From: Desulfurococcales archaeon
GTDB taxonomy: Archaea > Thermoproteota > Thermoprotei_A > Sulfolobales > Ignisphaeraceae
DNA length: 64,000 nt
Reading direction: 5' to 3'
NCBI GenBank assembly: GCA_027066265.1
Contig: JAMOOB010000490.1
Coordinates: 3,111 to 67,110 of the forward strand
The notes beneath the pieces were generated by a model. That model made no database searches. It was not told the DNA's origin and was given only the letters and a program-made list of their open reading frames with translations. Position numbers and translations under genes: made by a program. Every line of letters begins with the position of its first letter. Position 1 is the stretch's first letter. This document shows positions 45,517 to 54,092 of this stretch, piece by piece.

Positions 45517-46374
45517 TCAGTACTCAACGGTTACCTCTATGTGGCTCAGAATATCCTTTACCCTCTGTCTAAGGGTTGGCTCCGCAATGATCGCTATGCT
45601 CCTCAGCTCCTTCTGCGATACCCTGTACCCAAGCGCGTTGGCGGCTACGTAGATCGCGGCGGCCGCTATAGACCTCGGGCTCTTCCCGTCTATACACGAG
45701 TCCGGGAGCAGACCAACGATTCTCTCGGCAAGAGTTCTGACCTCTGCTGGGAGACCTAGCCGTCCTGCGATCCTGCCTATCTCCGCCATAGCGATCTTTC
45801 TCCCGCTGACGCGTATTCCCAGTACCTCCATCAGCTTCCTCACCATTGCCCACAGATCGCTCCTATCGATACCGAGCGCATCGGTAAGGGCATCCACATC
45901 TATAGACACGCCTCTGCTCCTAGCAGCCAGGAGAATCGCGGCTGCAGCCAAAGCGCTTCTCCACCTCTTCGGCGCGTTGAAAGACGCGTAGATGCTTCTC
46001 AGAGCCTTCCTCGCTGCTATAGCGGCATCCTCGACAACGTCGTCGGGAACACCAAGGGATCTACCTACGCGCCATATCTTCGTCAGCACGCCGACCATAG
46101 CTCTGCTCTTCTCCTTCCTAAGCCTCCTCTGAAGCCTATCGATCTTCGGGTCGTCCGCCGTTGTCCACAGACCACCGTCGTGAACAGCCATAGTCACTCT
46201 CGCGCTCGAAGCCTTGCTGAAGTACTCGTCGGGCTCTACAATCCTTGGTGGCAGAGCAACTATCGGGTGATCGACCACGACCTCGCCGGTCTCGGGATCT
46301 ACGAGCTCACCCGTAACCGGATCCCGAACGAGGTTTCTACCCATGTGCTCGGGATCGAGGTTTAGAACATCCAT
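45517..46374 (-). CDS. transcription factor B (TFIIB)-like protein lacking zinc-ribbon cysteines
   Basis: HDGGLWTT (B-linker HDkGLsT-like) and two cyclin-fold repeats, including GKSPRSIAAAAIYVAANALGYRVSQKELRSIAIIAEPTLRQRVKDI. No CxxC in the N-terminal 40 aa. Confidence 0.75.
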   Translation of the reverse strand: MDVLNLDPEHMGRNLVRDPVTGELVDPETGEVVVDHPIVALPPRIVEPDEYFSKASSARVTMAVHDGGLWTTADDPKIDRLQRRLRKEKSRAMVGVLTKIWRVGRSLGVPDDVVEDAAIAARKALRSIYASFNAPKRWRSALAAAAILLAARSRGVSIDVDALTDALGIDRSDLWAMVRKLMEVLGIRVSGRKIAMAEIGRIAGRLGLPAEVRTLAERIVGLLPDSCIDGKSPRSIAAAAIYVAANALGYRVSQKELRSIAIIAEPTLRQRVKDILSHIEVTVEY

Positions 46375-46396
46375 GTGGATCCCCATAAAAAGGCGT

Positions 46397-46816
46397 TCAG
46401 AGAGCCATGACGATCCTGGCTACGTGCGTAGCCACGATATCCCTGTGCCTCCTGTCGATGTGTGCTCTAGCGCTAGCGTAGCTCAGATGCTCGTTGCAGA
46501 TCCTGCACACCGCGTTCACCCACTTGAACCTGGTGTCTGTGTCCAGAGGATCTACGATAGGCTCTATCTTCCTGACCTTGTCGTAGACCATCTCGACAAC
46601 CCTGGCGGCATAGACGTAGGAGCCGGCGAGGCTGATAATGGTATACACCTCGTGCCGAATCCAGTGGACGCTGATGCCTATCCTATCGGCGACGTCGCGG
46701 AGCCTCTCGTTCTTAACCATGTAGAGGTACACAGCGTCAACGAGAAACATCTGGTTCGCTAGAGCTCTCGTAACAAGCCTTCCCACAACCCTAAGACCCC
46801 TCGCATCCACGTTCAT
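46397..46816 (-). CDS. HTH plus C2H2-like zinc-finger protein
   Basis: LRDVADRIGISVHWIRHEV (HTH-like) and CRICNEHLSYASARAHIDRRH. Confidence 0.55.
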   Translation of the reverse strand: MNVDARGLRVVGRLVTRALANQMFLVDAVYLYMVKNERLRDVADRIGISVHWIRHEVYTIISLAGSYVYAARVVEMVYDKVRKIEPIVDPLDTDTRFKWVNAVCRICNEHLSYASARAHIDRRHRDIVATHVARIVMAL

Positions 46817-46968
46817 AGCCTCCGTACCTCCACAAGCCTCCCCCTAACACCTAGCTCAGCACCGCACCTCGGACACCTTCTAACCGAGAACATGTCTGGT
46901 GGCGGCGATCCGGAGCGCCAGACGTTGATGACGTAGCCACACCTAGCGCACACGAACTTCACGGGCAT
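46813..46968 (-). CDS. 51-aa zinc-ribbon protein (below the ORF-track cutoff)
   Basis: My translation: MPVKFVCARCGYVINVWRSGSPPPDMFSVRRCPRCGAELGVRGRLVEVRRL. ATGA overlap with the next gene and a palindrome 10 nt upstream of the ATG. Confidence 0.45.
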   Translation of the reverse strand: MPVKFVCARCGYVINVWRSGSPPPDMFSVRRCPRCGAELGVRGRLVEVRRL

Positions 46969-46977
46969 CGCACATCC

Positions 46978-46989
46978 CCACAGCTGTGG
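46978..46989. promoter_or_regulatory. CCACAGCTGTGG palindrome (perfect)
   Basis: TTTT-palindrome-GGATGTGCG-ATG of the 51-aa zinc-ribbon ORF, at the head of the TFB module. Confidence 0.7.
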
Positions 46990-47056
46990 AAAAGTTGGGT
47001 GATGGGTGTATGATGCTGTGTGAGGTTTGATTGATGCGCCCCAAAAACAGGTGTGT

Positions 47057-47695
47057 TCAGACGTGCATAGGTGTATTAGCCTTCTTGACCGGGCTCATCA
47101 GCATCTCTACCTGTTCCTCCGCCTTGGACTGCAGTGCGGCTATGATTGCGCTTACGAGGTCCTTGCTAGTCGCGTTCATGTCTATACCGAGCCTATCGGT
47201 GACGTACGTGAACACCGTCATGTACGCTGCAGCCGGTCTTAGACCGATTGCTACCAGCGACGATATCGCTAGGCTGCTGAGCATACATATCCTCACGCCG
47301 TAGGGCAGCTCACCTACTGCACGCCTAATCGTTTCTCCGTACCGAGCATCGCTCTCCCTGCACAGCACCTGCTTAACGAACGAGAGAAGAGCATCGGTCT
47401 TCTCCATCCTCGTAGGCTCGTCCTCGAAGAACTGCACTACCCTGGCGCTGAACAGCCCCGTAACAGCCATGACGCACTCGGGATATGCAGCCTCATCCCT
47501 ACACACATCCGCAACGGTATCGGCTAGAGCATCAAGCACATCGCATATCATAGCGGTGGAGGGAAATCCGTGCCTCGCCACGACGGCGGCATATGGTACG
47601 AAACCCAGGGAGTAGGCTGTTCCTGGAGCCATCATCGGGAGGATCAGCCCAAGCTTCTGGATAAGGCTGGTAGCTATCCTGTCCGCGAGAATCAT
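47057..47695 (-). CDS. hypothetical protein
   Basis: 212-aa ORF with GGGGGAGACAC-ATG context. Confidence 0.55.
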   Translation of the reverse strand: MILADRIATSLIQKLGLILPMMAPGTAYSLGFVPYAAVVARHGFPSTAMICDVLDALADTVADVCRDEAAYPECVMAVTGLFSARVVQFFEDEPTRMEKTDALLSFVKQVLCRESDARYGETIRRAVGELPYGVRICMLSSLAISSLVAIGLRPAAAYMTVFTYVTDRLGIDMNATSKDLVSAIIAALQSKAEEQVEMLMSPVKKANTPMHV

Positions 47696-47800
47696 GTGTC
47701 TCCCCCAAAAAGTGTGGGGGAGGCGTACGGAGAAGCTGTCGAAGTACGTTACTATACGCTGTCCATACGGGTACTAGTCGTGCAAAGCTTATTAAGCCTG

Positions 47801-48358
47801 CTACTCCAGCGCATAGACAACGCTGTATCCTGCCGTCTGCAGCGCCTTCTCCACCTCTTGGGCGGGCATAAAGCATACCCACTCCGTGAAGCTCCTATCC
47901 ATCGCTCTGCAGCACTCGTGCGGTAGGTATACAGGTACATCTACTGTGAACACGGTCGTTATGCCGCTCCTCGTCGAGGAGACCACGCATCTCCTCCTCG
48001 ACGTTATTGCGCCTAGAGCGATATGCGCAAGCTCGTCTAGGAAGCTACGGTGCTTCCCGGAGATGTGAACCATGAGAGCCCGTAGGCTATCGAACCTCGA
48101 TCCGCATATCGGGCACGTCCTCCCATCTCTCGTAACGAGTCTGTGCCTCATCACCAGAGCAACAGCGTACATAACAGCGGGGCAGAAGCGTCTAAACCTG
48201 GTCAGCTTCCTCACCGTCCATACAGACGTACACGTCTTCCGAACCACCTTCGCAACCGTTAACCCGCAGCACAGCCATAGAGCAGCGCGCCACAGATCCG
48301 TACCGCACATAGCGCTAACTATAACGCCACGGATCCTCTCAGCCACCTCCTCATCCAT
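47801..48358 (-). CDS. C2H2 zinc-finger protein
   Basis: RTCPICGSRFDSLRALMVHISGKH. Start trimmed to ATG 48358 (TTTTGGGGTTTGGAA-ATG). Confidence 0.55.
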   Translation of the reverse strand: MDEEVAERIRGVIVSAMCGTDLWRAALWLCCGLTVAKVVRKTCTSVWTVRKLTRFRRFCPAVMYAVALVMRHRLVTRDGRTCPICGSRFDSLRALMVHISGKHRSFLDELAHIALGAITSRRRCVVSSTRSGITTVFTVDVPVYLPHECCRAMDRSFTEWVCFMPAQEVEKALQTAGYSVVYALE

Positions 48359-48386
48359 TTCCAAACCCCAAAACAAATGGGTTCGA

Positions 48387-48398
48387 CCACAGCTGTGG
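48387..48398. promoter_or_regulatory. CCACAGCTGTGG palindrome (perfect)
   Basis: Lies 6 nt after the stop of 48405.. and 28 nt upstream of ATG 48358. Confidence 0.7.
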
Positions 48399-48404
48399 AG
48401 AAAC

Positions 48405-49181
48405 CTATTTGGCTACCTCGTTTAGCCAGCTCCACGTGATCTTGTCGAGCTCTAGCTCTGGTGGAGGCTCTTTCACTACGATCTCTATGGGGTTGATCAG
48501 CCTCTCTAGAGGTAGGTGTCTAGGTCTAGGGACCTCGGTTACTATCCCTCGCTTAACGGCGTGGTATGTCCATACCAACCAGATGCAGCCTATCATAACC
48601 CTCAGAACGTCCTTCACGGCTATGATCTTCGCGATCCTCTGCCTCTTGCCCTTCTCAAGCGCTTTCTGATAGGATCTCTCGTACACTCTTCTCAGAGGCT
48701 CTACAGCGAGAACCCTGCTCTTATTGTGCCTCCAGTACCCTAGCCATGCACCAAAGGCGTACCTAGCGATGAACGGTCTGTGCCACCTACCGTTCCTCAG
48801 CTTCACGGGTATGAACGCTCTATCGATGTAGGCATCGACAGGGATAGGCTCGTCATCGCATAGCTCTGGCATCGTTACAGCTGGCGATGCTACAACCAGC
48901 GCTGGAACAATCTTCTTGGGTAGGGGCAGCAGAAGCGCGTAGCGTATATGCACATACTTGGAGTACTCCCTCACCCTCTCCTCAACATACATCCTAGCAT
49001 CCTCGATCATATCGTCCAGAAGCTGCCTAAGAAGCTCCCTAACATCTGCCTGCACACCGAATATCCTCGAAGGCTTCGTAACCATAGCGTAGAGCCTAGC
49101 GTAAACCCTAGACCTCTCGTAGATCACTACACAGTCTATCAACGCATCAACTGCATCAGTTTGAGAGACGAGCACCTCCAT
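48405..49181 (-). CDS. hypothetical protein
   Basis: Start trimmed to ATG 49181 (CTGGGGGCCGCTT-ATG) so that it no longer overlaps the divergent plus-strand gene. Confidence 0.5.
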   Translation of the reverse strand: MEVLVSQTDAVDALIDCVVIYERSRVYARLYAMVTKPSRIFGVQADVRELLRQLLDDMIEDARMYVEERVREYSKYVHIRYALLLPLPKKIVPALVVASPAVTMPELCDDEPIPVDAYIDRAFIPVKLRNGRWHRPFIARYAFGAWLGYWRHNKSRVLAVEPLRRVYERSYQKALEKGKRQRIAKIIAVKDVLRVMIGCIWLVWTYHAVKRGIVTEVPRPRHLPLERLINPIEIVVKEPPPELELDKITWSWLNEVAK

Positions 49182-49247
49182 AAGCGGCCCCCAGGACGGT
49201 CGATACCTATATCTCGTCTGCAGTGCTCTCTGGCATTGGGTGTCTAC

Positions 49248-49838
49248 ATGCCGTTCATATTCGAGGTGCCTCCGGAGCTGAGGAAGAAGCATCCTCTGGA
49301 GCTGACCGAGAGCGAGCGAAGGCTGTTGAAGGCGTGGTACCTCTTTGAGCGCGGTGATAGAGCGCTTAACGTAGATCTTAGGCAGACCGCGAAGATCCCC
49401 GAGAGCGTCGAGGTGTGGATGAAGCATCCCAACAGGTACGATATTCCAGGCGTAGACACGCCGACGAGGGAGACCGGTATGCGTGTGGGTAGGCTGAGGA
49501 TAGGGAACGTCATTATATACCCAGCGACGCTGAGGAAGATGATCCTTCTATGCGAGCGCTTCCCCAGCGAGAGGATGCTCATCGTCTACGACGGGAAGGT
49601 GTGGATGCCGACGAGCAGAAGAGGCAGCAGGTTCACGCCCATCGATGTCGTTCCCAGCAAGAGCCTCGTAGCCGTCCTGTTCCCGAGGGAGAAAAAGGTG
49701 TGTCTAGCGAGGGTCTACAACGTAAGGTACAACAGGGCTACCGATACCGCAGAGATAGACTTCTCGATCTTCAGCGACCTCTGCAAAGAGCTTCCGCAGC
49801 CCGTGTGGCCAAAGCCTAGAGTATCCTCGAGACGCTAG
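49248..49838 (+). CDS. hypothetical protein
   Basis: 196-aa version of ORF 48948..49838 starting MPFIFEVPPEL. TTGGGTGTCTAC-ATG context. Confidence 0.5.
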   Translation: MPFIFEVPPELRKKHPLELTESERRLLKAWYLFERGDRALNVDLRQTAKIPESVEVWMKHPNRYDIPGVDTPTRETGMRVGRLRIGNVIIYPATLRKMILLCERFPSERMLIVYDGKVWMPTSRRGSRFTPIDVVPSKSLVAVLFPREKKVCLARVYNVRYNRATDTAEIDFSIFSDLCKELPQPVWPKPRVSSRR

Positions 49839-50004
49839 AGGAGCCGCTAACACGCGTCTCAACAACTATCCGTCTATACCCCTCGAACAGGTAGTCCCTA
49901 ACCACAACAGACCCTTTTTCCCACCTAACCTCGGTCTCCAGATACCCGCTCTTCGTATAGACGAAGTCCTCAGGAACAACCCTGACAAGGAGCTTCTCAG
50001 CCAT
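49816..50004 (-). CDS. small hypothetical protein
   Basis: 62-aa version starting MAEKLLVRVV after CTGGGGTTCTAC. Palindrome variant at 50063. Confidence 0.35.
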   Translation of the reverse strand: MAEKLLVRVVPEDFVYTKSGYLETEVRWEKGSVVVRDYLFEGYRRIVVETRVSGSSSVSRIL

Positions 50005-50084
50005 GTAGAACCCCAGCCCACTCCCTAGCGCGGAAGCGGAAAAAGAGGGGTTGTGACGCAGACCGCAGCTGTGGATAGGAGCAG

Positions 50085-50402
50085 TCACTTCTCCGGCTGT
50101 ACAAGCATGAACGTATCGTCGAGGATAGCCACGTACCTATCCTCACCGTCGCTGGGAACAGCATCGCATCTGGGTATAGTGGACGACCCCTGGTAAACGC
50201 GTAGGCGATGAAGCATACCGACAACCCTATCCGGATCAACACCGTCCGCACACAGCCTAGCCTTCTCCACCGTGATGTAGTAGTCCAGCAGAATCCTCAT
50301 CTCCAGAGGCGTTCTAACAGACAGCACGATCCTGCTACACCTCGTGCCGAGAATAGACCTAACGGCGTTCTCAAGAGTTGTGAACACCACGCGCATGGGC
50401 AT
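50085..50402 (-). CDS. small hypothetical protein
   Basis: TTTTGTTGGGG-ATG context. Confidence 0.45.
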   Translation of the reverse strand: MPMRVVFTTLENAVRSILGTRCSRIVLSVRTPLEMRILLDYYITVEKARLCADGVDPDRVVGMLHRLRVYQGSSTIPRCDAVPSDGEDRYVAILDDTFMLVQPEK

Positions 50403-50417
50403 CCCCAACAAAAGGTG

Positions 50418-50675
50418 TTACTCCTCGTATAGCACAGCTCCGAACCTCAGGATCGAGCTGATTACATCTAGCAGCTCGTCTACGTCTATAGAGAGCTCGA
50501 TGCCGTCTACACGTATGCTACACCCACAGCTGTGGAGATCTATACGAATACACCTAGCGGCGAACCCGCTTGAAGCAAGCACAACGCTGCTGAGGATACC
50601 GCTGTGAAACTCTACCTCTATATCGAACAGCTTCCCATCGAGAACGGCTACCCATCGATGCCTCTCGAACACCAA
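50418..50675 (-). CDS. small hypothetical protein
   Basis: 85-aa ORF with TTG/GTG start after CCCCACAGCTGGGGTTTTGA. Contains an internal perfect palindrome (50524). Confidence 0.4.
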   Translation of the reverse strand: MVFERHRWVAVLDGKLFDIEVEFHSGILSSVVLASSGFAARCIRIDLHSCGCSIRVDGIELSIDVDELLDVISSILRFGAVLYEE

Positions 50676-50787
50676 TCAAAACCCCAGCTGTGGGGTGTTA
50701 AGTGATGTTTGAGATATGAGATATGACATGTGAACCACGAAAATGGTGTGTCTCCCCAGAGCTATGGGTGTAAAGGGGGTAAAAGTT

Positions 50788-51525
50788 CTAGTCGTTGTCT
50801 AGATCGAGAAGCATTTCAAGCGACTGTCTCTGCCTCTTGATGCTCTGCACAACGATATCGTCTTCGTCGGCTGTCTCCTTGTACCTCTTCTCAAGCTCGT
50901 CGAGCTCGCTCGCAAGCCTCTGAAGAGCGCTGCGGTACTGCTTAGCTACGCCGCTGGCAACTGCTTCGACGGCTCTTCGAACTATGTCTAGCTTGGGTAT
51001 CCTGACAACGCCTCTCTCGCTCCTCCACCTAACCTCGATATCCTCGCCGTACTTGGTGTCATCCCATATCCACTTCACCTGAACACCATCGAACCACGTG
51101 ATCACAGCGCTCGCCTCAACCTCCTTCAGCACGAGCCCAGCCGCTTTTACGCACAGCTGCTTCAGAGCATCGATATCGATGGCGGGCTCTATCCTCGCCC
51201 AAGAATCGTAGCCGGTGGTGGTCGAGAACTCGATGCCTGTGTACAGCATGAACCCCGGCACGATCTCTATCTTCCTATCGGCGAACGCAAAGGGCTTCTC
51301 AACTATGGACGACGGTATATACGGTCCGCAGCACCTAACGAACTCCTCGAGCGTAGCAACGATGTTCCTCCTAGCCTTCTCCTCATCGCCACCGGCAATA
51401 TAGTCCTCGACAACGACCCTCATCCTATGAGTACCATAGTCAATAACCGCATCAACAGCTACAATGCTACCACTCTTCTCTCTCCTAAGCGTATCCCACA
51501 CAACCTCGTACCGCGGAAAAGACAT
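50788..51525 (-). CDS. hypothetical protein
   Basis: 245-aa ORF with CTGGGGATCGGA-ATG context. Confidence 0.6.
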   Translation of the reverse strand: MSFPRYEVVWDTLRREKSGSIVAVDAVIDYGTHRMRVVVEDYIAGGDEEKARRNIVATLEEFVRCCGPYIPSSIVEKPFAFADRKIEIVPGFMLYTGIEFSTTTGYDSWARIEPAIDIDALKQLCVKAAGLVLKEVEASAVITWFDGVQVKWIWDDTKYGEDIEVRWRSERGVVRIPKLDIVRRAVEAVASGVAKQYRSALQRLASELDELEKRYKETADEDDIVVQSIKRQRQSLEMLLDLDND

Positions 51526-51605
51526 TCCGATCCCCAGAGACTGTAATTGTTAGTACCACACAGCACGAGACAGTTCAGTTCTCGTCCCCACAGCTGTGAA
51601 AAAGG

Positions 51606-52556
51606 CTAGAGTACGCATCCCATGGAGGCTAGGTACGCGAGGTTGACTGTATCTGATGAGAATTCCAGACCCTCGTCGGGGAGTATATACACGCAACTTC
51701 TCGGTCCGAGTGGCTTCCTCGGTAGGTCCGCTCTTATCTCGACCTCCTGTACATCGTAGCGCCACACATCGACGTACTCCCTGTGGTCGCGACCCTCGTA
51801 CCTCATGTCATCTAGCGTTCTGTACGGCGTTAGGTACCTAACCTCGCTGAAGCCCCTCGCAATTGCCTTTCTGTCGCCTATCAGCAGCTCGGTTCTGAGC
51901 TCATCGTCTAGCGTGCGAACGATAAACATCGTCTGCGTCGCGTACTCGGATACGTCCTTGTACATCAGCCAGTGCGCAAGCGATAGCATCACATAGATGG
52001 CGTACGCGTTAGCGATGGTCGTAAAGCTCCTATCGGCGCTAAGAACCGCTCTCGCGAGACACCGTATCGGGATGGCGAGCGTCAGGACCCTGCCCATAAT
52101 GGTCTTCACCTCCACGGACCTCATCTCGAGACCGAGTACATTGATTAGCGCCTCAGGACGTGGTTCAGCCAGCGCATCACCGACGATAGGGAGGACCATC
52201 TCGATCTCGTGGTCCTCCATGGTTCTACTCACCATCACAACGAAGCGCCCTATCGCATCAATAACGATGTCCCTCACATCAACCGTACAGACGTAGAGAC
52301 GTAGCCTCGTGCCTAGGAGCCTAGACAGCTCCCTCTCGACCAGATCTAGATCAAGCACCCTAGTGGGCTCAACACCGAGCGATAGCAACCCCCTGTGACA
52401 CACCACAACAAGCGGCTCGATCCACACCTCGCGCTCCCTGATAACAAGATCGAACACAGCCGCAGCATCAACGCTACGACAATCGCTATACATGGTAGCG
52501 ATACGCCCTCTACACCCATCAACAGCGATAACATTAGCCCCGCGACTAAGCCCCAT
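51606..52556 (-). CDS. hypothetical protein
   Basis: Start trimmed to ATG 52556. Upstream on the coding strand: CTTATAC-N12-CCACAGCTGTGG-GGATCGCT-ATG. Confidence 0.6.
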   Translation of the reverse strand: MGLSRGANVIAVDGCRGRIATMYSDCRSVDAAAVFDLVIREREVWIEPLVVVCHRGLLSLGVEPTRVLDLDLVERELSRLLGTRLRLYVCTVDVRDIVIDAIGRFVVMVSRTMEDHEIEMVLPIVGDALAEPRPEALINVLGLEMRSVEVKTIMGRVLTLAIPIRCLARAVLSADRSFTTIANAYAIYVMLSLAHWLMYKDVSEYATQTMFIVRTLDDELRTELLIGDRKAIARGFSEVRYLTPYRTLDDMRYEGRDHREYVDVWRYDVQEVEIRADLPRKPLGPRSCVYILPDEGLEFSSDTVNLAYLASMGCVL

Positions 52557-52564
52557 AGCGATCC

Positions 52565-52576
52565 CCACAGCTGTGG
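52565..52576. promoter_or_regulatory. CCACAGCTGTGG palindrome (perfect)
   Basis: Lies 12 nt downstream of CTTATAC and 8 nt upstream of ATG 52556. Confidence 0.7.
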
Positions 52577-52812
52577 AAACAAGATACAGTATAAGGACGG
52601 GGGTTGTGGACTGAAGAATGTCTGGTGTTTTGTGATTAATGTTAATTGTTAACTCTTGTTGATTGATAGTCGATGTCCACTGATATTTTGAAGCCCCAGA
52701 TGTAAAAGTGGTTTAGGTACATACGATTAGTGTCGCTGCAGATCTTCGTCAGCGCGATTCCTGGGTTCGGCGTTTCCACCTCTCCACCTCCGCAGCTGTG
52801 GAGACGAAAATG

Positions 52813-52988
52813 GTTAGCTCTTCACGAAGCTGGTAAGCGGTTTAACCGGCTTGGGTCTCCTATCGATTAGATTAAGCCTGTCGCAGAGGATCGTAATCTC
52901 GTAGCTATCCGTATCTATCTCGATACGGTACGCTTCTCCACCTTGATGTAGCAGCTGCGGCTAGCATCGATAACGAGATGCTTCTTCA
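52813..52988 (-). pseudogene. possible frameshifted small gene
   Basis: ATG 52988 after CTGGGGGTAGAAC gives 24 aa (MKKHLVIDASRSCYIKVEKRTVSR). A -1 frame continues YRIEIDTDSYEITILCDRLNLIDRRPKPVKPLTSFVKS to a stop at 52813. Confidence 0.25.
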
Positions 52989-53106
52989 TGTTCTACCCCC
53001 AGAGAGATGATGTTGGTTGTGTTATGTATGATGTTATGTGAACATTGAATACTGAATTGCGTCGCGTGCTTGGCACTCCCCAAAAATAGTGTGTGGTGCT
53101 GCGGGT

Positions 53107-53703
53107 TCATTCTTGTGGGAGGAGGTTCTTGATTCTTGTGGTGATGAACTCGTGGGCTTTGGCTGGATCTGTAGATATGTATGTCTCGATCTCGAATCTT
53201 CCGTGACCCATCTTGGTTCCGCTCATGAGACCAACGTACCTGCCTCCGTAGGCTAGGGCAGCCACGAACTTGTCCACTACTGAGGCGTCTACCCTGGCTA
53301 CGAACGCTATGATGTGCACCGACGAGAGGTATTCATATGTTTCGCTCAGGTTCTTACCCTCCTTGCCGAATATCGGGCGCGTGTAGATGAACGGCTTCGG
53401 TCCGTAGACGTAGGCGTAGTTAGTGGCGATACCCTTCTCATCAACGATCTCGAAGTCGAGGATCTTCCTAACGACATCCTCCGGGTAGCCAAGAGCTCTA
53501 CACGCTCTTCTAAGCACGGCTCTGATCCACCTCCTCAAGATAATCGGTCTGCCATTGACATCCCTCGGAAACGCTCTGTCCAGATGCCTAGCCTGCTTAG
53601 AGTCGGCGATCCACCCCTTCTTGATGTACAGTGCAATCTCGTCCGCTGGAAGCACAGGTGCTCTGATGGGCGTCACAGGCTTGATTATGACACCTACATA
53701 CAT
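53107..53703 (-). CDS. hypothetical protein with RAMP-like (Cas7/Cas6-type) motifs
   Basis: MYVGVIIKPVTPI..., FPRDVNGRPIILRRWIRAVLRRA (resembles P.IPGSS.KG.LR) and the C-terminal glycine-rich loop VGLMSGTKMGHGRFEIE. The functional call is weak. Confidence 0.4.
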   Translation of the reverse strand: MYVGVIIKPVTPIRAPVLPADEIALYIKKGWIADSKQARHLDRAFPRDVNGRPIILRRWIRAVLRRACRALGYPEDVVRKILDFEIVDEKGIATNYAYVYGPKPFIYTRPIFGKEGKNLSETYEYLSSVHIIAFVARVDASVVDKFVAALAYGGRYVGLMSGTKMGHGRFEIETYISTDPAKAHEFITTRIKNLLPQE

Positions 53704-53739
53704 CGGGGAATTGGGGCTTGAGCGAGGCACAGCCCATCC

Positions 53740-53751
53740 CCACAGCTGTGG
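53740..53751. promoter_or_regulatory. CCACAGCTGTGG palindrome (perfect)
   Basis: TTTTT-palindrome-GGAT, upstream of the RAMP-like gene. Confidence 0.7.
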
Positions 53752-53798
53752 AAAAATGGTTGGAGCTGTATCTAGCATAAAGCGGATTTCTCCAATTG

Positions 53799-54059
53799 TT
53801 ATTCACAGATGTGTTTCTTGATCTCCTCCTTCAGCTCGTTAACGGTTTTCTCAAGGGCTGTGATAACGATCATAAGGAGTTCCTCGGCTAGCCTAGGATC
53901 GTTGATGGGTACGCCGCAGATATACACCGTGCCTTCCTCTATGCTGATTCCAACGGTTTGTCTGGTTCTAGCCGCTTCGATAGCATCGAGCAGGTTGATA
54001 TATGTGTCTAGAAGGATTCGAAGATGCGTTTTGTTGGAGAGCTGGGGCTCATACTCCAT
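53799..54059 (-). CDS. small hypothetical protein
   Basis: 86-aa ORF with CCACAGCTGGGGGCAAGAA-ATG context. Confidence 0.5.
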   Translation of the reverse strand: MEYEPQLSNKTHLRILLDTYINLLDAIEAARTRQTVGISIEEGTVYICGVPINDPRLAEELLMIVITALEKTVNELKEEIKKHICE

Positions 54060-54092
54060 TTCTTGCCCCCAGCTGTGGAAAAAGCTGTAGGG

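Noticed and set aside
48948-49247. N-terminal 100 codons of the 296-aa plus-strand ORF, and codons upstream of 49181 in the 340-aa minus ORF
   Set aside because: The two long ORFs overlap head-to-head by ~480 nt. Trimming each to the first ATG with a G-run context (49248 and 49181) removes the overlap and leaves a 66-nt divergent promoter region with TATA-like CCTATATCTC.
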